Shown one piece after another: positions 24,028 to 35,250 of a DNA stretch of 40,302 bases. The translations under genes and the position numbers were made by a program. The DNA is taken from assembly GCA_002269645.1 (NCBI GenBank), contig NIVC01003847.1, forward strand, positions 1 through 40,302, in the 5' to 3' direction. The stretch comes from Macrostomum lignano. Lineage: Eukaryota. Every line of letters starts with the position of its first letter. The stretch's first letter is position 1. The notes under the pieces were generated by a model. That model searched no databases. It worked only from the letters and a program-made list of their open reading frames with translations, and was not told the DNA's origin.

Positions 24028-26019
24028 TGAGCCGACAGTTCAGCATCTACCGGTTTTTCTATAAGCTCGGAAAATTTTAGGGCCGGTTTCAACCTTGCAG
24101 AATATTGCTTGCTTGCAACACAGTTTTGTAAACAAGCTGTATTTATAATATTTGAATTTTTTATGAATAACTGTCCACCTCTGGCCCCAATGTTTTGTGT
24201 TTCTCTGTTTTGTCATTAATAATTATCGCTCTACAATTGTTTAATGAGTGAACGTATGATGATCTTGAATTCGCACTTTAGTCATCGGTCGTCAGTGCAT
24301 TCATTCATTCATTCATTCTTCTGTCAGCTTTCGTTGCTAATTTTCCTTCGCCCCCCCCTTTTTCGTCTGTCTACTGGTTTAGCGTATGGCAACAAATATA
24401 TGCGGGTTTAGTCCAATAATATATATGTACGAGTATGTAGAACTTCGTGTACTTTAAAAATTAATAGTAGTAGTAGTAGTATGTGGCATGATTTAAATTA
24501 TTAACTAAAATAATACGTAAAATCACAACGGAATTTGACCAATCCCTCTAAATTGCACTGTTCCGTCAGCCTGGACTAAGAGTTCATCTCCCTTTCAACT
24601 CAATAGCTGAGCACACGCCCGGGCTCTGGATGCGTAATCCATTCTTCTGTTCGACTGACATTTGTTTTTTTGCAGCTCCGTGCATTTTTCTTAACCTACA
24701 TCCGCCAGCCCAGGCACCAACACCAGCCAGCTTATCGTTCATTTGAATTTGGCCTCTCCTGATGTAGGGCTGTTCTTACTATTATTGTAATATTATTTAC
24801 TGTTATTAATCATTTTTACTAGTGTTATGCAGTGTTCTTGTTTATTTGTTAGTTTTTGTTGGCGAGCATTGAAAACCTGCGGCGGCTTAACCACAACCAA
24901 ACAATAAAATACGAGTTATCTAAAACTTCTTTGTGCTCCCGCCGTTTTTGCCGGGAGCTACAACGGTCGGTAAAAGATGAGAAAAACTACTGGGCGATCA
25001 AGAACTCTCGGCATTGGACACTTAAATTGCGCTACTTCATTTTAACTTTTTTTATTTACTGCTTTATCATACAAGGGGGGTTGCAAGCTTAGTGATTGAT
25101 TGGGAAGTTGGGAAATTGAGAAGTTACTGAAGCCGTTTTACTAATTTAACAAGTTTAGTTTTTTGAAGTTTTCTTACTGCTCTACTATAAGTAAGCTTCT
25201 ACGGAAATCTTTGCAAACAAATATTATTTCTTTTAGGGCGGAAAATTGTCGATCGTATAATTATTTATGCATAGATGCAAATAAGCGCGGGGTCGTGCTG
25301 AGTGGAGCGCATTCCAAATTCTTACTTGCAAAATTAAATGCGGCGTACTGTGTTTTTGTCTCTATTGGTAGACACCACACAGGTTTGGCCGCGGTTAGTA
25401 GCTTACAGAAATAAGCACAGAGTAAGTTGCGATATGCCGCAGACCGGTGTTTCTAAAAATAAATTCACACCTACATTTACATCTGCAAGTAAATCGTACA
25501 CTACGGATAAAGAAAAAAGGCGGAGCAATCAATACCCGGTAGTGTAGAAAAATGTAGTTGTTTTAAAAAAATACGCACAAACCTGGTAACAGGCAGTTCA
25601 ATATATTACAGTGAAAAACTATTCGTGATGATTAACAGACTGGGCTAGAATGCAAGTAACACGAGAAGAGCAGCGAACCGCGCAGTAAAAAAACATCATT
25701 TTCCAATTGTAGCAACAGCAAAATCAATAATATGAAATAGTTTACAAAAATCATTTACTCGTAAATGGTCTTCGATTTTCAGCCAGAACCACAATGTACA
25801 CTTGGTGGCTAGAACTGTACGTGCAGTGCATGCAGGAGTACAGTCGAACTGAGTACCTGTGGAATCTGTAATAAGACTTGCCAATCTAATAGCGTACTAG
25901 CCTTTTCAAGCAAAAGTCAATGACAATAATTATGGGAAATTATGGAATCAAAGAACAACACGGCTCTGAAAATAACTGCGATTTGTTAGTATGGGATCGT
26001 TTTGAGGATCCGGGAATAC

Positions 26020-26330
26020 GAGATGTGGGAACTGGGAGATTTTTTATTATGGGAATCTGGAACTGCGAGATTTTTTATTATGAGGATCTGGGACACTGGG
26101 AGATTTTGGATTATGTGGGATTTGAGGGCTGGGGATTTTGGATTATGGGATCTGTGAACTGGGAGACTGAATTATGGGGATCTGAGGACTTATTTTGATA
26201 TTTTGGATTATGTGGGATTTGGGGACAGATTTTGGATTATGGGATCGGGGGACTGGGAGATTTTGGATTATGGGATCTGGGGACTGGAAGATATTGCATT
26301 ATGGGGACTTGGGGACTGGGTGGATTTAGA
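26020..26330. repeat. Degenerate ~30-bp GGGA-rich repeat (GGGAGATTTTGGATTATGGGATCTGGGGACT-like)
   Basis: Read directly; diverged copies. Confidence 0.75.
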
Positions 26331-26488
26331 TTATAAGGATCTTGCAATCTTTTAATCCTCCTTGCTTCTACGAGTAGCAGATACTAACGTGTCAACCAAG
26401 GCGAAGATTCCACGAAGCTTCAGTATCCAAGCGGAATAAATAATAAATAAATTAAAGTCGGTTGCGAACTTCAATTAATTTGAATCAA

Positions 26489-27163
26489 TCATTGAGAAGA
26501 AAGACTATTCATAAAACTATTAATGTCCATAGCTTTCAGATCGGTTCGCAACCGTTTATAAAGTCTCTTAGTTGGTGCTTTGCTGGTGCACGAGGCGGCG
26601 TCGGTGGCGGCGGCGGCAGAGGCGGACTGGCTGGCCATAGCGCTGATCTGCTCGTGAAGATTCATGTGCCTGTCTAGCCGATTCCTAGCATTGTAGGACT
26701 GGCCGCACACCGAGCAAACGAAGCCTGTTCTCAAAGTTGATTTCACGCGTTTCCGATGAATCAGCGACGGCGGCGGCGATGAAGACGGCGACGACGGAGG
26801 CGAAGGCGGCGACGGAGGCGAAGGAAGCGAAGACAGCAGAGCGGCTTTCTTCTGGCGCCGAGTATTTGCCGCGATTGTTGCAGCAACTGGGACCGACTCA
26901 GTAGACGGAGGCGGCGGGCGTCGCCGGCCTCGACGAGCTGATTTCGTACTGGATGCTACAGACGATTTTGAATAAGTTGGAGATAGCGCCGAGGTATCGG
27001 TGGCAGAGACAGTAGTCGGAGGAGCCGAGCCGGTTACCGTGGCCTCCGCTGTGAGGCCTATTAGGCTGTCCAGGGTGCTGAAACTCTCGTCTAAGTCGCA
27101 GTTAGCAACCGGATTGTAGCCAGTGCTTGCTGGCCCGGCTGCGGACTGCGGCTGCTGCACCAC
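26489..27163 (-). CDS. NPAT: NPAT/Mxc-like protein, exon 6 (last): C2H2 zinc finger and NPAT-type C-terminal motif
   Basis: Acceptor ctccag|GTG at 27164/27163, phase 0. FVCSVCGQSYNARNRLDRHMNLH is C-x2-C-x12-H-x3-H. Ends KAMDINSFMNSLSSQ-TGA, resembling the recalled NPAT end GMDVDKFLLSLHYDE. Confidence 0.8.
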   Translation of the reverse strand: MVQQPQSAAGPASTGYNPVANCDLDESFSTLDSLIGLTAEATVTGSAPPTTVSATDTSALSPTYSKSSVASSTKSARRGRRRPPPPSTESVPVAATIAANTRRQKKAALLSSLPSPPSPPSPPSSPSSSPPPSLIHRKRVKSTLRTGFVCSVCGQSYNARNRLDRHMNLHEQISAMASQSASAAAATDAASCTSKAPTKRLYKRLRTDLKAMDINSFMNSLSSQ

Positions 27164-27263
27164 CTGGAGTGTTGTTAGCGATGCACTTTCCAATAGGCTG
27201 AACTCGTTCAATATCTTTCTTTTTATTGTGGCCAGCGAATTAATTTTGCTGATTTTACCGGCT

Positions 27264-28559
27264 CCCCACACTGACAGGGCCAGCTAGGCTGCCTACCGCC
27301 TCCCCCCCCCAAACTGACAGGGCCAGCTAGGCTGCCTACCGCCCCCCCCCCAAACTGACAGGGCCAGCTAGGCTGCCTACCGCCTCCCCCCCACACTGAC
27401 AGGGCCAGCTAGGCTGCCTACCGCCTCCCCCCCCACACTGACAGGGCCAGCTAGGCTGCCTACCGCCTCCCCCCCCACACTGACAGGGCCAGCTAGGCTG
27501 CCTACCGCCTCCCCCCCCCACACTGACAGGGCCAGCTAGGCTGCCTACCGCCTCCCCCCCCACACTGACAGGGCCAGCTAGGCTGCCTACCGCCTCCCCC
27601 CCCCAAACTGACAGGGCCAGCTAGGCTGCCTACCGCCCCCCCCACACTGACAGGGCCAGCTAGGCTGCCTACCGTCTCCCCCCCACACTGACAGGGCCAG
27701 CTAGGCTGCCTACCGCCTCCCCCCCCCACACTGACAGGGCCAGCTAGGCTGCCTACCGCCTCCCCCCCCACACTGACAGGGCCAGCTAGGCTGCCTACCG
27801 CCTCCCCCCCCACACTGACAGGGCCAGCTAGGCTGCCTACCGCCTCCCCCCCCCCACACTGACAGGGCCAGCTAGGCTGCCTACCGCCTCCCCCCCCCAC
27901 TGACAGGGCCAGCTAGGCTGCCTACCGCCTCCCCCCCCCCAAACTGACAGGGCCAGCTAGGCTGCCTACCGCCCCCCCCCACACTGACAGGGCCAGCTAG
28001 GCTGCCTACCGCCTCCCCCCCACACTGACAGGGCCAGCTAGGCTGCCTACCGCCTCCCCCCCCCACACTGACAGGGCCAGCTAGGCTGCCTACCGCCTCC
28101 CCCCCCACACTGACAGGGCCAGCTAGGCTGCCTACCGCCTCCCCAAACTGACAGGGCCAGCTAGGCTGCCTACCGCCTCCCCCCCACACTGACAGGGCCA
28201 GCTAGGCTGCCTACCGCCTCCCCCCCAAACTGACAGGGCCAGCTAGGCTGCCTACCGCCTCCCCCCCCACACTGACAGGGCCAGCTAGGCTGCCTACCGC
28301 CTCCCCAAACTGACAGGGCCAGCTAGGCTGCCTACCGCCTCCCCCCCACACTGACAGGGCCAGCTAGGCTGCCTACCGCCTCCCCCCCAAACTGACAGGG
28401 CCAGCTAGGCTGCCTACCGCCTCCCCCCCAAACTGACAGGGCCAGCTAGGCTGCCTACCGCCTCCCCCCACCCCAAACTGACAGGGCTAGCTAGGCTGCC
28501 TACCGCCTACTCACACTGACAGGGCCAGCTAGGCTGCCTACCGCCTCCCCTCACACTGA
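27264..28559. repeat. ~37-43-bp minisatellite (ACACTGACAGGGCCAGCTAGGCTGCCTACCGCCT + variable poly-C), ~32 copies, NPAT intron 5
   Basis: Read directly. Confidence 0.97.
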
Positions 28560-28577
28560 AGAAATTTACAAACTTAC

Positions 28578-29669
28578 GATCACATTTTCTGCCACAGCGA
28601 ACTGAGAATCAACAGCAAAGAAAACAGTTGAGTTAGCGGTAGAACCAGCAGATACGGCGGTAAAATCGGCAGGTACGACCGTAGAACCAGTAGATACGGC
28701 GGTAGAACCAGCAGATCTTGCGGTAGAACCAGTAGATACTGCGGTAGAACCAGCAGACACGGCGGTAGAACCAGCAGATACGGCGGTAGAACCAGCAGAC
28801 ACGGCGGTAGAACCAGCAGATACGGCGGTAGAACCAGCAGACACGGCGGTAGAACCAGCAGACACGGCGGTAGAACCAGCAGATACGGCGGTAGAACCAA
28901 CAGATACGGCGGTAGAACCAGCAGATACGGCGGTAGAACCAGCAGATACGGCGGTAGAACCAACAGATACGGCGGTAGAACCAGCAGATACGGCGGTAGA
29001 ACCAGCAGATACGGCGGTAGAACCAACAGATACGGCGGTAGAACCAACAGATAGGACTTTAGAATCGGTAGGTGCCACAGCAAATCTGATAGACTTGATA
29101 GCAGACTTAGTAGACCCGGCAGACTGAACAGTGGAAGGGTTTGATACCGCAGTAGAACTGGTAGATACGGCAGGGGAAGCAGCAGATACGCCGGTAGAAC
29201 CAGTAGACAGAGTAGTGGAACTGGCAGACACAGTGGTACATTCAGTAGATAGAGCAATAGGACTGGTTAGCATCTGCGCCAGAGGAGCGGACTGCCAGCA
29301 GGGCACAGTAACCTGCGTGCTACTCACAACGCAACTGTCAGCTTTGCTGCCGCCAATGGAAATGACTGGCACAGATTTTGGTGGCGAACTGGAGGCGTTT
29401 GCCAGCGGAAATTTATTGGGCGTCAGAAACGGACTGGTCATCTCGGCGAATATTGATTCAATGTGCTCGGAGTCGCACACTACATTCGCCTCATCAGCGC
29501 CACTGTCGGCCAGCGACTGATTGCGCTGTTCAAGCCTGCCAGCGTCCGGCCCCCCAGCTGGTTGGATCGGATTTGACAAATCCACGCCAAGAAGCGTGTT
29601 GTTGTCTTCGTCTGTCAAGAAGGCGGTCAGAAATATGTCGGCCAGTTCGTCTCGCTGCTCGTTCTGTTC
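28578..29669 (-). CDS. NPAT: NPAT/Mxc-like protein, exon 5 (S/T-rich, GSTAVSA heptad repeats)
   Basis: Acceptor cttctcag|GAA at 29670/29669, donor ATC|gtaagt at 28578/28577; 1092 nt, phase 0/0; CDK-type sites TPNK and SPPK. Confidence 0.8.
28636..29053 (-). repeat. Coding 21-bp tandem repeat, ~20 units, encoding GSTAVS[A/V/T]
   Basis: Read directly; in frame within ORF 28566..29618. Confidence 0.92.
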
Positions 29670-29802
29670 CTGAGAAGCGGCGGAGTAATTCTTGTTATTA
29701 ATGTATTGGCCTTTATATATTTAGCAATTTTAATTCTCAAACACATTTGTAGGGTAAGATTTGGCTGCGTATATCTGCGAAGCTTCTGGATAAGGCAGGT
29801 CA

Positions 29803-30880
29803 GGGAGCTGCTAGCTTAGACCTGAATATTTAGGAAGCTGCTAGCTTAGACCTGAATATTTAGGAAGCTGCTAGCTTAGACCTGAATATTTAGGAAGCTG
29901 CTAGCTTAGACCTGAATATTTAGGAAGCTGCTAGCTTAGACCTGAATATTTAGAAAGCTGCTAGCTTATACCTGAATATGCAGGAAGCTGCTAGCTTAGA
30001 CCTGAATATTTAGAAAGCTGCTAGCTTAGACCTGAATATTTAGGAAGCTGCTAGCTTAGACCTGAATATTTAGAAAGCTGCTAGCTTAGACCTGAATATT
30101 TAGGAAGCTGCTAGCTTAGACCTGAATATTTAGAAAGCTGCTAGCTTATACCTGAATATGCAGGAAGCTGCTAGCTTAGACCTGAATATTTAGAAAGCTG
30201 CTAGCTTAGACCTGAATATTTAGGAAGCTGCTAGCTTAGACCTGAATATTTAGGAAGCTGCTAGCTTATACCTGAATATGCAGGAAGCTGCTAGCTTAGA
30301 CCTGAATATTTAGAAAGCTGCTAGCTTAGACCAGAATATTTAGAAAGCTGCTAGCTTAGACCTGAATATTTAGGAAGCTGCTAGCTTAGACCTGAATATT
30401 TAGAAAGCTGCTAGCTTAGACCTGAATATTTAGAAAGCTGCTAGCTTAGACCTGAATATTTAGGAAGCTGCTAGCTTAGACCTGAATATTTAGAAAGCTG
30501 CTAGCTTAGACCTGAATATTTAGGAAGCTGCTAGCTAAAACCTGAATATTTAGAAAGCTGCTAGCTTAGACCTGAATATTTAGAAAGCTGCTAGCTTATA
30601 CCTGAAGATGCAGGAAGCTGCTAGCTTATCCCTGAAGATGCAGGAAGCTGCTAGCTTATCCCGGAAGTCTCAGGAAGCTGCTAGTTTAGACCTGAAGACT
30701 CAGGAAGCTGCTAGCTTATACCTGAAGACTCAGGAAGCTGCTAGTTTAGACCTGAAGACTCAGGAAGCTGCTAGCTTATACCTGAAGACTCAGGAAGCTG
30801 CTAGTTTAGACCTGAAGACTCAGGAAGCTGCTAGCTTATACCTGAAGACTCAGGAAGCTGCTAGCTTATCCCTGACGATG
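29803..30880. repeat. 30-bp minisatellite (GGAAGCTGCTAGCTTAGACCTGAATATTTA), ~36 copies, NPAT intron 4
   Basis: Read directly; a variant block (GAAGACTCAGG) lies at the donor-proximal end. Confidence 0.97.
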
Positions 30881-30894
30881 GGTGCAAGACTTAC

Positions 30895-31011
30895 GCTATC
30901 CAGAAACTGCCTAAGCTTTTCGGTGTCCGTATCCAGCTTTTTACAGCTGACAGCGCGCTCCCACGAGTTGGCGAATTTGTCGGGCGACATCAGGATTCTG
31001 TCGATCAGCTT
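30895..31011 (-). CDS. NPAT: NPAT/Mxc-like protein, exon 4
   Basis: ttattcag|AAG..AGC|gtaagt; 117 nt, phase 0/0; KLIDRILMSPDKFANSWERAVSCKKLDTDTEKLRQFLDS (contains SPDK CDK-type site). Confidence 0.8.
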
Positions 31012-31096
31012 CTGAATAATAAAAATAATGACAAATAATTATATTGTATAATCAATAACTAGAATTTATTGAACAACAGATCTGAGTCTAACTTAC

Positions 31097-31154
31097 CCGA
31101 CTATCCTGTACCTGACTAGTCTGTTCAGAAGTTGTGACCACTTTGCGAGGACGG
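31097..31154 (-). CDS. NPAT: NPAT/Mxc-like protein, exon 3
   Basis: tttttatacattgcag|C..CGG|gtaagt; 58 nt, converts phase 2 to phase 0 exactly as needed; RPRKVVTTSEQTSQVQDSR. Confidence 0.78.
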
Positions 31155-31522
31155 CTGCAATGTATAAAAATGTAGTGCGAGTTAAACAGTATATTGTTGC
31201 ACAGATGAAAACGGTACCCAGGTCAAGAAGCGTCCCATAGTCACTTGCATTGCCTTAGAGTCGTTTCGGGTAACACATAAAAAAGCAGAAAATAAGTGAC
31301 CGCGTCACTGTATGAAGTAGAATCGCATTTCGAATTTATAACAACTATATTGCGCTCAATAGAAAGTTAAGCGCTTACACAACGACTCTTGAGCTACGAT
31401 TCTACAACTCGCGATTTTTCTCTTGACTCTTCAGCGATTTTTGTCACGGTAAAGTTTTTAAAGGGTTGGTCTGGAGTCACTAGCGACAACACGTGAGGAA
31501 CTATCCATCACTGCCTGCTTAC

Positions 31523-32015
31523 CTTTTCTTTTTGTGCGCCGAAGACTGTGAAGATGCGGCCGCGCAGGCTGCTGAGTCAGCAGAAGCCTCCCCAGTATCA
31601 GCTGATGCCGATTCGCCTGGCAACGGCATAGCAACAGTGGCCGAATCTGCCGCATCATCCACAACCATTTGTTGAAATTCGCCAATTCCAGTTGCAGACT
31701 CTTGAGAAGCAATCTGATTGACTGGGCCAGAGTTCAAACTAGTAGTCTCAACAGTAGCCTCAGTTGTCATAGCAACTGTTGTCAAGGCCTGTCCTACAGC
31801 TGCAGCTCCGTTAGTAACTGAAGAGGATGAATGCTGATTAGTTAAAACTAGAATGGTCGGTGATTGCTGCTGCTGTTGCTGCTGCTGCTGTTGCTGCTGC
31901 AAATTTAAATTGCGCTGATTAATATTAGAAGCAGAAAGTTGCAATGCAACAGCAGCTGTACTGCTGAGCAAAGCTGCTGGCTGAACACCGCTGTCTGAAC
32001 TCAAGTCGGAGCTGC

Positions 32016-32067
<52 letters not shown>

Positions 32068-32315
32068 CGTTGCCTGCAGCTGCTCCCTGGCAATGGAAAG
32101 CCGGCCATTAGCCGTCAAAGTGCGTTTTGCAATTTTTCTTTGCCGACGTTTCTCGTTGAAATATTCGGTTAAAATGTCAATTAGAGTGAGGCCCTCGCAG
32201 GTGGTGGTTGGGCAGGCGACGCCCATCTGGGTTAAATAAGAGTATTCGTAAAGGAATGGCGATTCTTGAAGCAGGCTACTGTGGGTCGCATTGTACTTGA
32301 CGTCGCTGAGGTAAC
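31523..32315 (-). CDS. NPAT: NPAT/Mxc-like protein, exon 2 (rest of LisH-type N-terminal domain, polyQ tracts)
   Basis: cattgcgcag|GTTAC at 32316/32315, AAAG|gtaagc at 31523/31522. GYLSDVKYNATHSSLLQESPFLYEY..GLTLIDILTEYFNEK resembles recalled NPAT GYLQQENLISTCQTFILESSDLKEY..GKNLTTILNEY. Q16 at 32017-32064 and Q12 at 31864-31899. Confidence 0.88.
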
Positions 32316-33895
32316 CTGCGCAATGTAGAAGATATGTATGAAATAAGTATTGCATGCATACAAAAGCATAACTCAGCTCATAGATGGAGTTTATAGTAGA
32401 TATTTTAATTCAACATTCCTGCATACACATTGCATCAATATTTAAGTGTCATTTTATGGTTCTTGTTGTTGAATAAGCTTACAGGAAACATTTGATTTGG
32501 ATGTCAGGTTCATACTTTGTGGTATCCATTTTACCCATAATTTCAAAGCCTGGGCCTAAGACTATACAAATTGGTATTTAAATGAAAAAAGACATTAAAG
32601 ATATTTTGCAACAAGGAATAAGTGATATATTTACCTTGGGGGGAAATGCTTGCTGTCAAACATTGCACTTTTAATTAGTGTAAGTTTTCAAGAGTTGAGG
32701 TTGTTAGTCTTAGTGGCTTAGTAGTAAGTTAATTGCCTTGTGATTGCATGAAAATGTTTAAATCCCAAATGGTCAGAGTTTTTTTAATTTGAATTTTGTT
32801 TTAAATTTAATTTAATTTAATTTTAAGAGTAACACTAAGTCCTAAAGTGCAGCTACAATATATGTAGCTACTGTAAAAGAAATATTTTTATATATATATT
32901 GATCATACTTTGTCATGAGTTAAACATTATTATAGCCTTACTAAATGCATAATTAAGCAACTTGAGAATAAATGAAAATCTAGCAATAACTAAAGAGCAT
33001 GAACAAAAATGTGGCAAATTTCTTATATAAAATTTTATAAAAAATTTTAGGTTCAAAGTTCAAATACTTATAGATATAGCTACATATATAATTCTGGCAG
33101 CATTTTAAGATTTAATGTTACTCTTATTAAAAAATTTATTTACTTTATTATTTTATTTTAATTAAAAAACTTGAAGAGTTCAAGATACAAAATTTTCTGT
33201 TTGTTAAAAACATTTCAAATTAAAAAAACTTTGACCACTTAGTATTCAAACGTTGCTATATGCAATCATAAGGCAATTGATATATCAATTAAGCCACTAT
33301 TTGCTTATGAGAGCCTTACAGAACACATCTTTTATATTGATGATTATAGCCATGCCTATAAGTATTCCATTTTACTATACCTTGTTGCTGGATTGATTAT
33401 TATTATTTTAACTGTTGCTAGATTGTCCTATTGCTAGACTATCTGGATACCTATTAGAAGTCTCATACCATTTTAGTCAGAGTTTTTTTTCTAATATTTA
33501 ATTTCATTGACATTGCCATTGAAATATAATGTAGGCATAATTATTTAACTATTATTAATATTATTTGTATACTTTATATTTTGCTAAGATTATATAGATT
33601 ATATATATAAGATTATATGATATAGGCCTGATAGTCCCCTATACTACATAATAAAACCTAGCCAGTGTTTATAGACATGGTATGTAATTTTAGTAAATTT
33701 GGTACAAATTGAAGCAAATTGTAAAAAATTATGCATGGAAAAAAACTGTTCCCAATGACTAATGACTATGACAATGCTATGGAAATATAGTGATCTAGTC
33801 TTCATTTAAAATACATCGTTTTTCCTAAAAATAAACATATGGTAGATGGAAGCAAATTATGGCAAAACGCTATAAATTTGAAGAAAAAAACTTAC

Positions 33896-33962
33896 CAAGA
33901 ATAAGTCGATCAATATCAGATGGAAGAAGCGCCACTACAACAGAATTTGAAGTCGAAGACAT
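33896..33962 (-). CDS. NPAT: NPAT/Mxc-like protein, exon 1
   Basis: ATG 33962: MSSTSNSVVVALLPSDIDRLIL G|gtaagt. Matches recalled NPAT start MLLPSDVARLVLGYL and joins exon 2 in phase 1. Six exons sum to 2802 nt = 933 aa + stop with no frame correction. Confidence 0.88.
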
Positions 33963-34059
33963 TATTAACAAGATTTCTTCAGAGTTAACTCTCACATTAA
34001 GTATATCCGACAGCCTATAAGCATATAAATTTTGTATAATTTTATCGTCTAGACCTTTA

Positions 34060-35250
34060 AGCACATAATGGTCGGACCTTATTCATTCAATTATGCAGAT
34101 GACAATTACTGGACCTGTCTAGTTAAAACGCATGGGTCGACGTAGGTTTTTAATTTGTAATTTAAATGCGTGCCCCAACGGTATGTTTAAAAAGAGCAGC
34201 AAATCAAACTTTTTAATGCAAGAAAGACGTTTACTAAAAATATTGTAAATTATAAAATGCTTCAATCTTTTTAAAATCTTAAAATTCACAAATAGTTAGG
34301 CTAAAACGCTAAATTAGTCATCGCAGAAATGAATATTAAAACATTTCAATTTTTTTGCATAGCTCAAAAAATAATAAAGTATGCCAGACAAATGATAAAA
34401 GAGTCAGAAAAGAGCTTACTGGAGTAGCTAATATTTACGATGCCATGTACAGTTAAAACTATTTACTTGAAAGATATACATGCTGTGTACATGTATAACA
34501 GAATAGTACTGAGTCCGCTTATTTTTCCCACCATTACGTCCTTGAACGGTCCCGTGGTCGTGGGGCATTTACTCGCAGAAAAGTATTGCCAATACCGCAA
34601 TATGCTTTTATAAATGTCTCACTTTGTCCATTCATCACTTTTTTATTTTTTTCCTATTTAAATCGCCATTAATAATAATCGCCAAATATTTTGAGCAATC
34701 CTTATACTCAATATTTCTCATTGATAGAAAAACACTTAACTACCTATATTTTAAATCGAATTTTGGATGAACCGTTTTGCATCAAAACCATACGGTACCT
34801 GTTTTCATAATTCCCTACTTCATTTCTTGTCGTTCTGTTGTATAGGTTCATTAGTTAGTTTGAAAATGAACATCTCATGAACAGTAAAAAATTCCAGACG
34901 CTCTTTCAAATACAATATTTAATACAAATATCGTAGTAACACGTATTCATTCATCATTTAAGAGTATCCAACCTTTTGAACAAGTATTAAATACATCGAC
35001 TTATATTAGGCCAAACAGGCTTTTTGCCTGAGCCAACTTACTACTACTACTATACTACTACTACTGACGTCATGTATAGTTCGTTACAATGCACATTATA
35101 TTTCAGAGATGTTTAATGCGTCCTGTTTGCCTGCTTGCTAAATTCACCGGCCGAAATCACACTGTCTGGGTGCCCGAGAGTCTTATTACTTTTTCGTTTT
35201 GGTTGACTCCCAATTGCTTTTGGGCGGCCCTATGGTTATAAATTAGCTAG
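34060..35250 (-). promoter_or_regulatory. CpG-retaining region upstream of the NPAT-like ATG (putative promoter/5' region)
   Basis: About 35 CpGs counted by eye in 1.2 kb, versus 2-3 in the equally AT-rich 1.45 kb of intron 1; position immediately 5' of the start. Confidence 0.45.

Noticed and set aside
24914-24940. GCTCCCG..CGGGAGC hairpin as a Helitron 3' end or terminator
   Set aside because: Not followed by CTRR, and short GC hairpins arise by chance; bacterial terminators do not apply here.
27264-28559. CRISPR-like look of constant units with variable interruptions
   Set aside because: The variable part is only poly-C length, with no unique spacers; eukaryotic context; no cas genes.
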